Shown here: one piece after another, positions 40,819-52,327 of the stretch | Layout: every line of letters starts with the position of its first letter | Position numbering within the stretch: position 1 is the first letter of the stretch | Source of the DNA: a virus | Taxonomy: Duplodnaviria; Caudoviricetes | Direction: 5' to 3' (one strand) | Virus record (IMG/VR): IMGVR_UViG_3300029288_001872 | Location: 125,633 to 189,632 of that record | Length of the DNA stretch: 64,000 bases | Position numbers and translations under genes: made by a program | Notes under the pieces: model-generated | What the model saw: only the letters and a program-made list of their open reading frames with translations | Told to the model about the DNA's origin: nothing | The model's database searches: none

Positions 40819-42044
40819 ATATGTCACTTAAACAAGTTTACAATATTGTAGAATCAATAGCAGTTACACCTTCTTTGAATGAAAAAGAAAAAATCATTCG
40901 AGATTCCTTAGATATTCCATACTTCAGAAAAGTAGTCTATTATGCTTTAAATACTTTGATGAAATATAAAATCACAGAAGTTGGGTATGCTACCTCAATG
41001 ATAGCAGAAGATGAAGATAAGGCAACTAACAATATATTTGAATTTCTTTATTACCTTTCTAATAAGTCTGGCGCTACAGATGAAGATAGGCTGAAATTAT
41101 CATTCATGTCATCTTTGGACCAACCGACTAATATTATTGTAAACAGAATTTTAAAAGGAGACTTGCGTTGTGGCGCTGGAATAAAACTATTTCGCAAATA
41201 TATTCCAGAAATTCCTATTCACGAACCAATGCTTTGTGGCAAAGATTTTAATAAATTTATGAAGTTGGCTGGCTCTTTTGATAATGTAGTAACTTCAATC
41301 AAACTTGATGGTATCAGAGTTTGGTGTATCGTTACAGAATCGAATGTTAAGTATTTGTCACGTAACGGTAAAGAATATTCTAATTTTAACATATTTAATA
41401 ATGATTTAATTGAAATATGCAAAGAAACGAACTTGCCTTATCCAATCATATTGGATGGTGAAATAACCACTAAAGACAAGAAATTCCAGAAACTTTTAAC
41501 TCAATTCAGAAGAATAACAGAAGTTGATGAAGATTCATTCGAATTGACATTGTTTGATATAGTTTTAGATAAACCATTTTATGAAAGATATGAAAAACTA
41601 AAAGAACATTTCACTTTGGATTATGAAAAGATAAATAGAATTTCTTTATTATATCATTCAACTGATTTTAATACAGAACAAAAGATATTTGATTTCTTGA
41701 ATCAAGTTGCTAAAGAAGGAAAAGAAGGATTAGTTCTTAAAACCTTAAATGGTCCTTATGAGTTTAAGAGGTCTAACCATTGGTGCAAGATGAAAAAATT
41801 TTATGAGGAAGATTTGCCTGTTATCGGTTTTGAAATGGGAACTGGCAAATATTCTGATATGCTCGGTGCTTTGATATGTGATTATAATGGTGTTGAAGTT
41901 AAAGTTGGGTCTGGTTTTACAGATAAAGAAAGAATAGAATTTTTGGAAAATGTACCGGAATTAATAGAAGTCAGATATTGGGAGATCACAGAAGATAAAT
42001 CATTGAGATTTCCAGTCTTTATCAGAATTCGCGAGGACAAATAA
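40815..42044 (+). CDS. ATP-dependent DNA ligase
   Basis: KLDGIR, LDGEI, EGLVLK, KVGSGF, SLRFPVF. Confidence 0.95.
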   Translation: MNMSLKQVYNIVESIAVTPSLNEKEKIIRDSLDIPYFRKVVYYALNTLMKYKITEVGYATSMIAEDEDKATNNIFEFLYYLSNKSGATDEDRLKLSFMSSLDQPTNIIVNRILKGDLRCGAGIKLFRKYIPEIPIHEPMLCGKDFNKFMKLAGSFDNVVTSIKLDGIRVWCIVTESNVKYLSRNGKEYSNFNIFNNDLIEICKETNLPYPIILDGEITTKDKKFQKLLTQFRRITEVDEDSFELTLFDIVLDKPFYERYEKLKEHFTLDYEKINRISLLYHSTDFNTEQKIFDFLNQVAKEGKEGLVLKTLNGPYEFKRSNHWCKMKKFYEEDLPVIGFEMGTGKYSDMLGALICDYNGVEVKVGSGFTDKERIEFLENVPELIEVRYWEITEDKSLRFPVFIRIREDK

Positions 42045-42338
42045 TGCTAATAACTAAAGAATGGATAGATAAAGTTTGCCCTAAACATGGAAGAACTTCC
42101 TGCGGTGATGAGAAAATGTACAATGGTTTTGGTGGATGGAATGGAAAATATAATGCGGATACTGGAGCTAAAATAATCAAATATCCTAGATGCAATAGGT
42201 GTTACTTGTTGGATAATATTGGGATGGATACTGAAAATTTGGAATTTGAAATTGTTGATTTGGGGATTGGTTTAAATTACAAGGGAAAATTACATTCTTA
42301 AATTGAAGTTTGTTTAGATTATAAAAGGAGAAATAAGT

Positions 42339-43241
42339 GTGTTTGTAGATGATTTTATAGAAATAAATCCTACTCTCCAAATGAGCGGTAAACTATTAAA
42401 AGATGCTATTTTTTTTAAATTCCCAAATGAATTTATAACAAAACAAGATACTGATTATATAATTAATATCTATAGTGAATATTTTAAAGATTATTGCGCT
42501 CACTATAAAAAAGATGGCAAGAACTATCTTCCATCTAATTTTAAGATTGATTCTGATTTATCCTTTCCTCCGTATGATAATGTCGTTTATTTTTATAATC
42601 AAACAGATAAACTTTATATGTATTGGTTGGTAGTTATTCCATTTATGGGGAATAAAGTATATTCTATAGTTCCAATGATCGTAGAAAAGAATAAATTACT
42701 TAATTGGGTAAAACCACCAGAAGAAGAAATAGACTTTAAACTATATCCAACTACTAATCAACTTTATAGAATAAATTATAATTATTATAATGACACCTTT
42801 GCAGTAAATCTATCTCATATTATGCTTTCTCGCTTAGATAGAACTAAAATATTACATGATAATCACACCCTAATACAAGCTTTTGTGTTTACACATTTTG
42901 TTTTAAAGATGAGTTCTATATTAAATTGTAAAAATATTGAAACTGTAAAAATAAAACCAACAGAAAGATTACAGAAAAGGAGACAAAAGAAGGGTAAGTT
43001 GCCAATACAATCTTATAATGTATTAAAATTAAAAGGCGTGTCTAAAAAATATGAAACTATAACTGATAAAATAGACCCACAGTGGAAAAATAGAATCCAT
43101 TTATGTAGAGGGCATTTTAAATCATATACTGCTGAAAAACCCTTACTTGGAAAATATATTGGCCTTTGGTGGTGGCAGCCAATTGTTAGAGGAAAAAATA
43201 AAAAAGGAGTTATCTTTAAAGATTATGAAAAAGAAATTTAA
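42339..43241 (+). CDS. hypothetical phage protein
   Basis: C-terminal 'HLCRGHF..WWQP..RG' motif common in phages. Confidence 0.55.
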   Translation: MFVDDFIEINPTLQMSGKLLKDAIFFKFPNEFITKQDTDYIINIYSEYFKDYCAHYKKDGKNYLPSNFKIDSDLSFPPYDNVVYFYNQTDKLYMYWLVVIPFMGNKVYSIVPMIVEKNKLLNWVKPPEEEIDFKLYPTTNQLYRINYNYYNDTFAVNLSHIMLSRLDRTKILHDNHTLIQAFVFTHFVLKMSSILNCKNIETVKIKPTERLQKRRQKKGKLPIQSYNVLKLKGVSKKYETITDKIDPQWKNRIHLCRGHFKSYTAEKPLLGKYIGLWWWQPIVRGKNKKGVIFKDYEKEI

Positions 43242-43242
43242 T

Positions 43243-45597
43243 ATGAAAATTGGCAATAATGCGATAGAAATATTACAAAAAAGATACCTTGTCGGAGAAG
43301 AAACTCCAGATGAGATGTGCGATAGGGTTTCAGATAAAGTATCTTCTGCTGAAGAAACAGAGGAACTAAAGAAATTTTGGTGTGAAAAATTTAAAAGAGT
43401 ATTAATGGAATCATTATTTTCTCCAAATTCTCCAACATGGAGGAATGCCGGAGCCAATCAAGGTAGTTTTAGTGCTTGCTTTTATCTTGATATAGAAGAC
43501 AGTAGAGAATCTATCTTCACAATTTTAAAACAAGCTGTTGAAATTCAAGCTTTTGGGGGTGGTACTGGACACAATTTTTCTAAATTAAGACCAGAAGGCT
43601 CCTTAATTAAAACTACAATGGGCAAATCAAGTGGTCCTATTGGATTTATGAAAGTATTTGATTTTGTTGTAGGAGAAGTAATTCAGCAAGGCGGAGTGAG
43701 ACATGGTGCTCAAATGGCTCTGCTTAATATTGATCATCCAGATATTGAAAAGTTTATCACTTGCAAACAAACAGAGGGTCAACTTAGTAATTTTAATATA
43801 AGTGTAGTTATATCTGATGAATTTATGCAGGATAAATTGTTAAGTAGATATCCTTTCTTATATTGGGATTTACAATTTAATGGCGATCATTATAAAACGA
43901 TAAATGGTCAAGAACTTTGGAATAAAATAGTTGAAGGAGCTTGGAAAAACGGTGAGCCTGGAGTTCTATTTATAGATACTATTAATAGGTTGTCTTCTAC
44001 TTTTCCTTATCAAGTTATGAATGGATGCAATCCATGTGCTGAACAGGTTTTAGGAAATCTAGAAAGTTGCAATCTTGGTAGTATTAATTTAAGTAATTTT
44101 ATATTTGATGATTGTTCTGATGGATTTGAATTCCCAAATCCATCTATTGATTGGAAGCAATTAAGAGAAACAATTAGAATAGCAGTCAGGTTTCTAGATA
44201 ATGTAATTGATGTTAATAATTATCCTATTCCAGAAATTGAAAAAGAAACTAAGAAATTTCGCAAAATTGGTCTTGGAGTTATGGGATGGGCAGATATGCT
44301 CATCAAATTAAAAATTGTTTATGGAAGTCAAGAATCACTTGAATTAGCTGAAAAAGTTATGAAGTTTATTAATGAAGAAGCAGTTAGATATTCAGAAGAA
44401 CTTGCTAAAGAAAAGGGATTTGGAACTTGGGATGGATTTTTAGACCCGGCAATATATGCTCATGATAGAACTAATCCATTATTTAAACGTAGAAATGCCA
44501 CGCTAACTACAATCGCACCTACTGGCACCCTAAGTCTTATTGCTGGATGTTCTGCTGGAATTGAACCAGTTTTTTCTTTTGAATTTAAAAAGAAATGTCT
44601 TGATGGAGAAATGATAGTAATACATCCATTGTTGTTAGGTTGGTTATCAAATCATGATGCTACAATTGAAGATACTCCAGATTACTTTATTGAATCAAAA
44701 GATATTCCTCCTGAACAACATGTAAAAATGCAAGCTGCTTGGCAAAAATACACCGACAACGCTGTTTCGAAGACAGTCAATTTGCCTAATAATGCAACAA
44801 TCAAAGATGTTGATAAAATTTATAGACTTGCATATGAGTTAAATTGTAAGGGAATTACTGTGTATCGTCAAGGCAGTAGAGAATATGAAGCTCAAACCGC
44901 GGTTGTTAAAGAGCCTATCAAACCCAAAGAACTTCCTCCAGAAAAAGTTGAACAAGCCAGAGCAGCTATCGGAAGATTAGCCAAAAATTATCGCAAAAAC
45001 TCAGACCCAGACATAGAGACCCCTGAATGGCTCCCAGGTTGGCGTGAGAAGATTAAAACCGGAGATGGGACATTATGGGTGCATGTCTTTACCGACCCTT
45101 CTACGGGCTTTAGAGAGGTCTGGACGGCTGTTTCTAAACCAGGAAGAACTTTAGCTGCTGCTGCTGATTCAACCGGCAGATTAATCACATTGGCTTTGAA
45201 AAAAGGTGCTTCTTGGGATGAAATTGTTAAACAATTACAAGGACATATCGGAGAAAAGACTGCTTGGAATAATGGTGTTCAAGTTCTGTCGATTCAAGAT
45301 GGGACCGCACAAGTATTGAGAAGAAGATGCATTGAGAAAAATATTCCAATGGTTGAATGTCCATTTGAATATAGTTGTCATAAAGATGAATTAGAAATTG
45401 TTGAAGCAATAGAAGATAAGTCTAGAATTATTTATCAATCCCAAGAAGAAATTAATACTCTTCATGGTTTTGGAGAAAGAGTTGCAGAAGAATTTGTGAA
45501 TACAGATTTATGCCCTGATTGCGGTTCTGCTCTTTTACATGATGAAGGATGTAAAGGTGGACGTTGTGGGACTTGCGGATTTTCACATTGTAGTTAA
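43243..45597 (+). CDS. nrdJ: class II (B12-dependent) ribonucleotide reductase with C-terminal TSCPD/Zn domain
   Basis: PNSP, SACF, NPCAEQ, CNLGSINL, TIAPTGT, KGITVYR. Confidence 0.92.
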   Translation: MKIGNNAIEILQKRYLVGEETPDEMCDRVSDKVSSAEETEELKKFWCEKFKRVLMESLFSPNSPTWRNAGANQGSFSACFYLDIEDSRESIFTILKQAVEIQAFGGGTGHNFSKLRPEGSLIKTTMGKSSGPIGFMKVFDFVVGEVIQQGGVRHGAQMALLNIDHPDIEKFITCKQTEGQLSNFNISVVISDEFMQDKLLSRYPFLYWDLQFNGDHYKTINGQELWNKIVEGAWKNGEPGVLFIDTINRLSSTFPYQVMNGCNPCAEQVLGNLESCNLGSINLSNFIFDDCSDGFEFPNPSIDWKQLRETIRIAVRFLDNVIDVNNYPIPEIEKETKKFRKIGLGVMGWADMLIKLKIVYGSQESLELAEKVMKFINEEAVRYSEELAKEKGFGTWDGFLDPAIYAHDRTNPLFKRRNATLTTIAPTGTLSLIAGCSAGIEPVFSFEFKKKCLDGEMIVIHPLLLGWLSNHDATIEDTPDYFIESKDIPPEQHVKMQAAWQKYTDNAVSKTVNLPNNATIKDVDKIYRLAYELNCKGITVYRQGSREYEAQTAVVKEPIKPKELPPEKVEQARAAIGRLAKNYRKNSDPDIETPEWLPGWREKIKTGDGTLWVHVFTDPSTGFREVWTAVSKPGRTLAAAADSTGRLITLALKKGASWDEIVKQLQGHIGEKTAWNNGVQVLSIQDGTAQVLRRRCIEKNIPMVECPFEYSCHKDELEIVEAIEDKSRIIYQSQEEINTLHGFGERVAEEFVNTDLCPDCGSALLHDEGCKGGRCGTCGFSHCS

Positions 45598-47123
45598 ATC
45601 ATATCAAGGAAATTAGTTATGCATCAGGAAGACTTTAAAACTATGGATGACAAAAACAGAAAATCAATCATTAAACAAGTCAAGAAGTACAAAAACACAT
45701 TAGTTTTGTTTTCTTTTGAAGTTAACGAACTGCTTGATTGGGTTGATGGAGAAGATGACTATTATTGGGTAGTAAACACCAACAGAGAAATAATTTGGCA
45801 TAGTTGTGTTGGTGGTTTTATCCCATTGATAGATTATCTTCCTAAAAATTTATATGATGGTTTGAAGAAAACTTGGGATTACAATGATTCTTTTAAATGG
45901 GATGGGGGTGAGAGACTTAAACAAATAAAAACTAATGGTTGGGTTGATGAAGAATATAGAAGTAGAATTAATGAAGAATATATGAAAGATGGTCTATTAG
46001 AAAAGATATTTAATAAGGAGGATTGATGAAAAAGGAGAAGTGGAAAGAAGATATAATCAAAAAATCCTTTTGCCCGAGTTGTAAAATTCAATTAGAATTA
46101 ATTGATGCTCTTTGTGAGGTTATTGAAAACAAATGTCTAATTATAGGTAATTCATTTTGTCCAATTTGCAGTGAAAAATTTCAAATAATTTTTAATGGAA
46201 AACATCTTAATGGTTAAAATCATATGAAAATACATTATATAAAAGATGGGATTAAACATTCAATCATATCCAACAATACAAAACAGAGTAGTTGCGGTTG
46301 CTTAACTTTAACTGGTACTTGGTTATTGCCAGAATACCAATATCTTGAATATATCACTGATGATATTAATGAAGTTACATGCAAATTGTGTATGAAGATT
46401 ATAAAAGAAAAAGAGGTTGATTGATGAAAGAAGACAGCAATTTAAAAGAACGCCCAATTTGGTTTAAATGTGAATCTTGTTTATTTGGTGAAGAATTAAA
46501 ACTTGAATTTAGCACTCAAATTATCAATTGCTGTGTTGAAAACAAAAGTGTTACCAAACCATTGAATGGATATTGTAGCAAATGGAAATGTAATAATTGT
46601 TGGAAGAGTTGGAACGTCCAACCTCCTTTGGAATTAGGACCAAACATCTATATTTCTAAAAAACAAATGTTAGAAGTTAGATATATTGACCATACCAAAT
46701 GCATCAAAGTGGGGTTTGAATAAATGAAAGGTTTGTGGAACAAATTAAAGAATTCAATTCCAATTAAGATTGTCAAAAAAGAAAATCTGAAATCAATAAG
46801 TGATGAAATTGATAAACAAATTAAAAGAAATTATAATTTGCAATATAATAATGAAAGTTTAAAAAAGGAGATTAAACTTCTTGAAGAAAAAATAATTCCA
46901 GCGATGCCTATGATTTATGGTTTAAAATCACAATTAGACTATAAAGACAGGTTGCTTTATTTTACTATAACTTTAGATTCTGAAATATTTTATCGAATGC
47001 CACAAGTAAATGGAGGGATTGATTATATTGCAGATTACATCTGTTATTCAATTAAGAAAGAACTATCTATGATAAATATTTCCAGATTGCCAGATTATTG
47101 TAGAAAAATAAAAAGGGATATAT

Positions 47124-47669
47124 ATGACCAGAAAGAAATCAAAGCAAACTTCTACACAAGTGGTAAAATTGAAGAAAGATGATTTATTAGATGAATTATT
47201 AGAGTCTTTGAATGACAAACATTGGAATATTATTTGTAAATTATTGGGAAGAGAAATATCTGAATCAAAGACGACCAGGAAGAATCTGCTTGGCAAATTA
47301 TTTAAAAAGACCATAAAAGTATCTTCAAGAAAGGGCAAGGCTAGAATGTTACAAGATTGGTCTTGTGAACAGATTAGCAGATTAGTTGATATTCCTTGGG
47401 GAACAGAAGACGACTTTGAAATACGTCCGAGACCCATGGGGCAAAACGGGCCAGATGTTATAATGACACCAAGAGTTAGGAAGAAGTTTCCTTTAACACC
47501 AGAATGCAAGAATCAAGAATCATGGAATTTGACATCATATATCCAACAAGCAAAAACGAATTGTTATCCAGATACAGATTGGTTATTGATTTTAAGTAAA
47601 AATAACCACGAAGAGATTGTAGTATTAAATGGGCTAACTTTATTTAAGTTGTTGAAAATATATGAATAA
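47124..47669 (+). CDS. Holliday-junction-resolvase-like PD-(D/E)XK nuclease
   Basis: 'SSRKGKARMLQ..MGQNGPDV..ECKNQE'. Confidence 0.7.
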   Translation: MTRKKSKQTSTQVVKLKKDDLLDELLESLNDKHWNIICKLLGREISESKTTRKNLLGKLFKKTIKVSSRKGKARMLQDWSCEQISRLVDIPWGTEDDFEIRPRPMGQNGPDVIMTPRVRKKFPLTPECKNQESWNLTSYIQQAKTNCYPDTDWLLILSKNNHEEIVVLNGLTLFKLLKIYE

Positions 47670-48498
47670 ATATTATATTTATGGTTTGTTAAGACCAGAT
47701 TATCCTGATCCATTTTATGTATGGCAAGATCAACCATTCTATTTTGGTAAAGGTAAGTGTAAAAGAATATATTATCATAGACGAGAAGCAAAAAAGAAAA
47801 TTATTGAGCCAGGAAAGAAATCTATTAAAATAAACATAATTCATAAATTGTGGGAACAAAATTTAGATTTCAAAGAAGTTATATTATTTGATAATCTGAC
47901 TGAACAAGAGGCATTTGAAATAGAAAATAAATTAATCAAGAAGTATGGTAGAATTAATAATAATACGGGATGTCTTGCAAATCTTACAGATGGTGGAGAA
48001 GGACCATCTGGTATGGTTCATACAAAAAAGACGCGGATAAGAATGAAAGAAGCGCAACTTGGAGAGAAGAATCATTTTTATGGAAAACATCATACAAAAG
48101 AATCATTAAATAAAATGAGTGAAAATGGGATGAAAGGAAAACATCATACAGAAGAAACTAAAAAGTTAATAAGTGAAAAAATTAGTGGGGAAAACAATGG
48201 TTTTTATGGCAAACATCATACAGAAGAAACAAGAAATAAATTGAGTGAATCAAAAACAGGGAAGCAAATTGGAGAAGACAATCCAAATTATGGTCATTAT
48301 TGGACAGATGAAATGAAACAGAGAGCGAGAGAATTAAAACTTGGAAAAATTAAAATTAATAAGGAAGGTAAGACTAAAGTTATTGATAGAAAAAATTTAG
48401 AACAATATTTAAATAGTGGCTGGGAATTAGGAACTCACCAAAAACATAATAATAAAACAAAATTAAAAATTAAAAATTCACAATCAGGTAGGAAGTAG
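47662..48498 (+). CDS. GIY-YIG-type homing endonuclease with NUMOD3 repeats (C-terminus apparently clipped by TAG)
   Basis: YYIYGL..PFYFGKG, NLTDGGEG, GKHHTEE repeats. Confidence 0.8.
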   Translation: MNKYYIYGLLRPDYPDPFYVWQDQPFYFGKGKCKRIYYHRREAKKKIIEPGKKSIKINIIHKLWEQNLDFKEVILFDNLTEQEAFEIENKLIKKYGRINNNTGCLANLTDGGEGPSGMVHTKKTRIRMKEAQLGEKNHFYGKHHTKESLNKMSENGMKGKHHTEETKKLISEKISGENNGFYGKHHTEETRNKLSESKTGKQIGEDNPNYGHYWTDEMKQRARELKLGKIKINKEGKTKVIDRKNLEQYLNSGWELGTHQKHNNKTKLKIKNSQSGRK

Positions 48499-48998
48499 AT
48501 TTATAATTTAGAATTAAATATATTTAAAAGAGTAAAGTTAATAGAAATAGAACAATATCTGAACAATGGATGGGAAATAGGTTATTTGAGATTTAAAAAA
48601 TAATGAAAAAGGCCATTGGAAAATGAGCAAACTTCTTTTTCTTCATATTAAAAATTGTGGAGAATGTCCTTATCTGGAAGATTATGATAGAAATTCTGTA
48701 TATTGTAATCATCCAGAATCTCCAAGATATTCCGAAGCAATTATAGATAATGTTTATAAATTTCCAAATTGGTGTCCATTAACAAACAACGAACCACACG
48801 ATGTAGATGAATTTTATAAGGATTAGAAATGACAAGAAAGTATGAATTAGAAATAGTTAAAGATGGAAAAGTGGTTCATATAATAGAAGAATCCAACCAT
48901 AATTCACAACGCATTAGAGAAATGGAGTGGGATGGTCATAAATTTGACATGACTGAATTATATAAAAAAGTAAAAAAGAAAAATGAATAGGTGTTAAA

Positions 48999-49382
48999 AT
49001 GTCTAGACAATTTCTTTTCTCAGTTACTAAGAACGATTTGATAGTTGAAACTCTCGCTAGAGGAGGACCAGGAGGGCAAAATCAAAACAAAATTTCATCA
49101 TTTGTCCGTATCCGTCATCCAGAATCTGGTGCAGTTGGCGAATCAAGAGAGGAAAGAAGTCAGTGGCAAAACAAGAAAATAGCTTTAAGAAGATTAGCAG
49201 AACATCCAAAATTCAAAGTGTGGCTTAATAAGAAATATTATGAATTAAAAACAGGAAAAACTATTGACCAAATTATTGACGAAATGATGGATTTGAAAAA
49301 TATTAAAATGGAAATCAGGGATGAAAAAGGAAGGTGGGTTATCTACGAGGAGAGAGAAGATGCCGCGACTTTATTGTCTTAA
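48999..49382 (+). CDS. RF-1 domain peptidyl-tRNA hydrolase (ArfB/PrfH-like)
   Basis: GGPGGQNQNK, ERSQWQNK. Confidence 0.85.
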   Translation: MSRQFLFSVTKNDLIVETLARGGPGGQNQNKISSFVRIRHPESGAVGESREERSQWQNKKIALRRLAEHPKFKVWLNKKYYELKTGKTIDQIIDEMMDLKNIKMEIRDEKGRWVIYEEREDAATLLS

Positions 49383-49565
49383 ATGTAAATCTGAATGGAA
49401 GTCAACCAACCCATTGTCAACTTGTGAATTTTGTGGAACCAAAGGTCGTATCTTAGAAGAAAAGACTTCTTTTGAGAAATTTACAGATAAACTAATTAAA
49501 AATCAAGAAGATTTAAAACCAGAAATTGTTAAAATGGTTGATGAAAAATTTTGGGAATTAATTTA

Positions 49566-50663
49566 ATGACCATCAATTCGGTAGAACTTTCTTATTTTCA
49601 AAGTCATCAAAAAACAACATTAGAATTAAATTCTAATGTAAACGCGATCATTGGTATTAGTGATAGTGGAAAATCAGCAATAAAAAGAGCAATAAAATGG
49701 AATGTTGAAAATCGACCTAGTGGTGAAGATTTTAAATCTGATTTTGCTCCAGATGAAGAAACCAGAGTTTCATTATTTGTAGAAACAGAAGTCAGAAGAG
49801 GACGTTCTAAAGACTCTAATTATTATTGGATGGATGGAATAAGATATGAAGCATTTGGTCAAGATATACCACAACCTATAAAAGATAAATTGAATCTAGG
49901 TAATCTCAATATTCAAAACCAATTTGACCCACCTTTTCTTCTTTCAGAATCTCCAGGTGCAGTTGCCAGATATCTCAATCAAGTAGTTGATTTAGATGAC
50001 ATAGACGAATCAATAAAAAATGTCAATACACTTTTGAAAAAGACAGAAGGACAATTATCTAATAATAAAGAAAGACTAGAAAAACTTGATTCTGAAATTT
50101 TAACCTATCCAGATTTTACTAAATTAGATAAATTCATCATTGAAGCCGAAAAACTAAATAAGACGCTGCAAGAAAATGAATATACTTCACAACTTCTTCT
50201 ACAAAACATATCTGAAATAAAAGAATCTAAAAAAACACTTAATTCTATAATAATTCCAAAAATTAATATTATAGAAATTGAATTTCTTTTAAAATCATAT
50301 GAAGAAAAATCTGATGTTGTGAATAAATTAGAATTTACTATAAATAAGGTTAATGAATCAGAAAAAATAATAAAATTAATTAACATACCAAATATAAATG
50401 CTTTGGAATTGGGAAAACTTATTGATGAATATGAATTCTTAAACCAAAAAATCAAAGGATTACAATCTTTAATCAAATCAATTGACGATATTGAAAAAAC
50501 CATACTTGAGATTGGAAAGGAGATAATTGAATGGGGGAAGAAATTACAGGAACAGATGGGGGATCGTTGCAAACTGTGCGGACAATCGGTGTCGCAGCAC
50601 TCTCTATCATCGGAAAGTGTTCATGGTGTGGCAAGGAGAAAGAAGAAGGCGATAAGTGGGTAA
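49566..50663 (+). CDS. SbcC/Rad50-like ATPase, N-terminal half
   Basis: FQSH, GISDSGKS Walker A, Q-loop QNQ, coiled coil, CKLC hook. Confidence 0.85.
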   Translation: MTINSVELSYFQSHQKTTLELNSNVNAIIGISDSGKSAIKRAIKWNVENRPSGEDFKSDFAPDEETRVSLFVETEVRRGRSKDSNYYWMDGIRYEAFGQDIPQPIKDKLNLGNLNIQNQFDPPFLLSESPGAVARYLNQVVDLDDIDESIKNVNTLLKKTEGQLSNNKERLEKLDSEILTYPDFTKLDKFIIEAEKLNKTLQENEYTSQLLLQNISEIKESKKTLNSIIIPKINIIEIEFLLKSYEEKSDVVNKLEFTINKVNESEKIIKLINIPNINALELGKLIDEYEFLNQKIKGLQSLIKSIDDIEKTILEIGKEIIEWGKKLQEQMGDRCKLCGQSVSQHSLSSESVHGVARRKKKAISG

Positions 50664-51213
50664 CATGGTGTTGTAAGGGGCATTGTTATTTAGGGAATAG
50701 AGAACTTAAAAAACAGAAAGAAAAAGAAGAAGAAAGATTAAGACCTAAACCTAAACGACATTGTTTAATGTGCGGAAAGAAAGATATTGAAGAATGGTTT
50801 TGTCCAATTTGTAAACCAATTAAAAACAATCTAAGTAGTATTTATGCAGATGAAGCATTAGGTATTGCAAGTTTTGGTTTTTCAATTATTGAAATGAATC
50901 GGGAATGGGGAAGTGGGAATAAACTATAAAAAAGGAATAAAAATGGAAAATCTTGAAGAAATTTTGAAAGATGAAGATGACGAAATCCAAGAAGAACTTT
51001 CTGTAATTCTTACTAAAAAAGGGAAAGTTTATTTCATAACACCAGAGACTACCAAGGATGGAATCAACAACACGGCCAAACTTATAGCCCACTTGATTAT
51101 AAATTGGGCGCACGGAATTGGAGAAAAACTAGGCACTTTTGAAAACTCTTCTATTGTAGTCCCAACCTTGGAACTTGGACTACCAAAAAAATTCAAATAG
51201 GGGTACTTTTCTA

Positions 51214-51242
51214 TTGCGGGACCAGTCTAAAAATTCTATAAT
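51214..51242 (+). promoter_or_regulatory. sigma70-type promoter
   Basis: TTGCGG-17nt-TATAAT, same CTATTGCG..AAATTCTATAAT frame as 24804. Confidence 0.55.
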
Positions 51243-51418
51243 AAAGACATGATGGGCTGGCGCATAAAACTCAAGAATGGCTACGAATGGGATGTCACTT
51301 CAAGAAAATGGCGTCACTGGCTTTGTTACATGGGTCGGGCTGGAGTTTCTTCCGCAATTAAAAGACAGATGAGAAAAAGATTGAGAAGATTGAATAGGAA
51401 AATTTGCAGGAAGGAAAT

Positions 51419-52327
51419 ATGATTTTCAGCGCGGATATTCATGCAAGGGCATCAAAACCTAAATCAAGAAAGGATAATTATCTTGAATCTCAAGATAGAA
51501 AACTAAGATTTCTCTGTCAATTAGCTCAAGAATCACCCCCTTGGTTTGTTTCTGGAGATTTACTTGATAAAGCAAATTCTAACCAATGGCTTGAACAATA
51601 CCTTATAAATTTGTTCAAGGAGTATCAAGTTAAACCAATAATATGTTTGGGACAACACGATCTTGTAAATCATAGTATAGAATTGTTTAATGAAAGTAGT
51701 ATAGCTGTTCTCCAATCTGCTGGTGTTGTTGAGGTCTTAAAAAATGATTATTGGTCAGATGATAGATATTCTGTGTTTGGAGTTTCTTATGGAATAGAAG
51801 AATATTCTGGAAGTTTTCTTAAAAGCGACAAGAAACTCAAAATCCTTTTGTGGCATAAGATGGTAATAAAAGATGACACGCTTTGGAATAAACAAATTGC
51901 AAATACTGGAGAGAAGATATTAAGAAAATATCCAATGTTTGATATTATTTGTACAGGCGACAACCATAATACTTTTCTTTGTCAAAATAAAAATAGATTT
52001 CTTGTAAACCCTGGGTCTATGATGCGTTTAAAAACCAACCAAAAAGACCATAAGCCTTGTGTTTTTAGATGGGATAAAGGGAATTTAGAACAAATTTTTC
52101 TTCCTATAGAAGAAGATGTTTTTGATGATAGTCATATAACAGAGAAAGAAGAAAAGGAAAGCAGATTGGACGGGTTCATAACCAAGTTGAATGAGATACG
52201 TCCAGAACTTAATGAAAATTCATCAGTTTCGTTCAAAGGAAATTTGAAGAACTTTTTTCAAGCGAATCCAGAAACAAGGGAAGTGGAAGAAATTACATGG
52301 CAATGTGTCCCAAAGGATAGGAAATGA
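51419..52327 (+). CDS. SbcD/Mre11-like metallophosphoesterase nuclease
   Basis: ADIH, GDLLD, GQHD, GDNH, NPGS. Confidence 0.85.
   Translation: MIFSADIHARASKPKSRKDNYLESQDRKLRFLCQLAQESPPWFVSGDLLDKANSNQWLEQYLINLFKEYQVKPIICLGQHDLVNHSIELFNESSIAVLQSAGVVEVLKNDYWSDDRYSVFGVSYGIEEYSGSFLKSDKKLKILLWHKMVIKDDTLWNKQIANTGEKILRKYPMFDIICTGDNHNTFLCQNKNRFLVNPGSMMRLKTNQKDHKPCVFRWDKGNLEQIFLPIEEDVFDDSHITEKEEKESRLDGFITKLNEIRPELNENSSVSFKGNLKNFFQANPETREVEEITWQCVPKDRK

Noticed and set aside
48496-48498. Genome-wide stop-codon reassignment
   Set aside because: TAG and TGA end many genes with tight downstream starts, long genes are intact in code 11, and no suppressor tRNA was seen.
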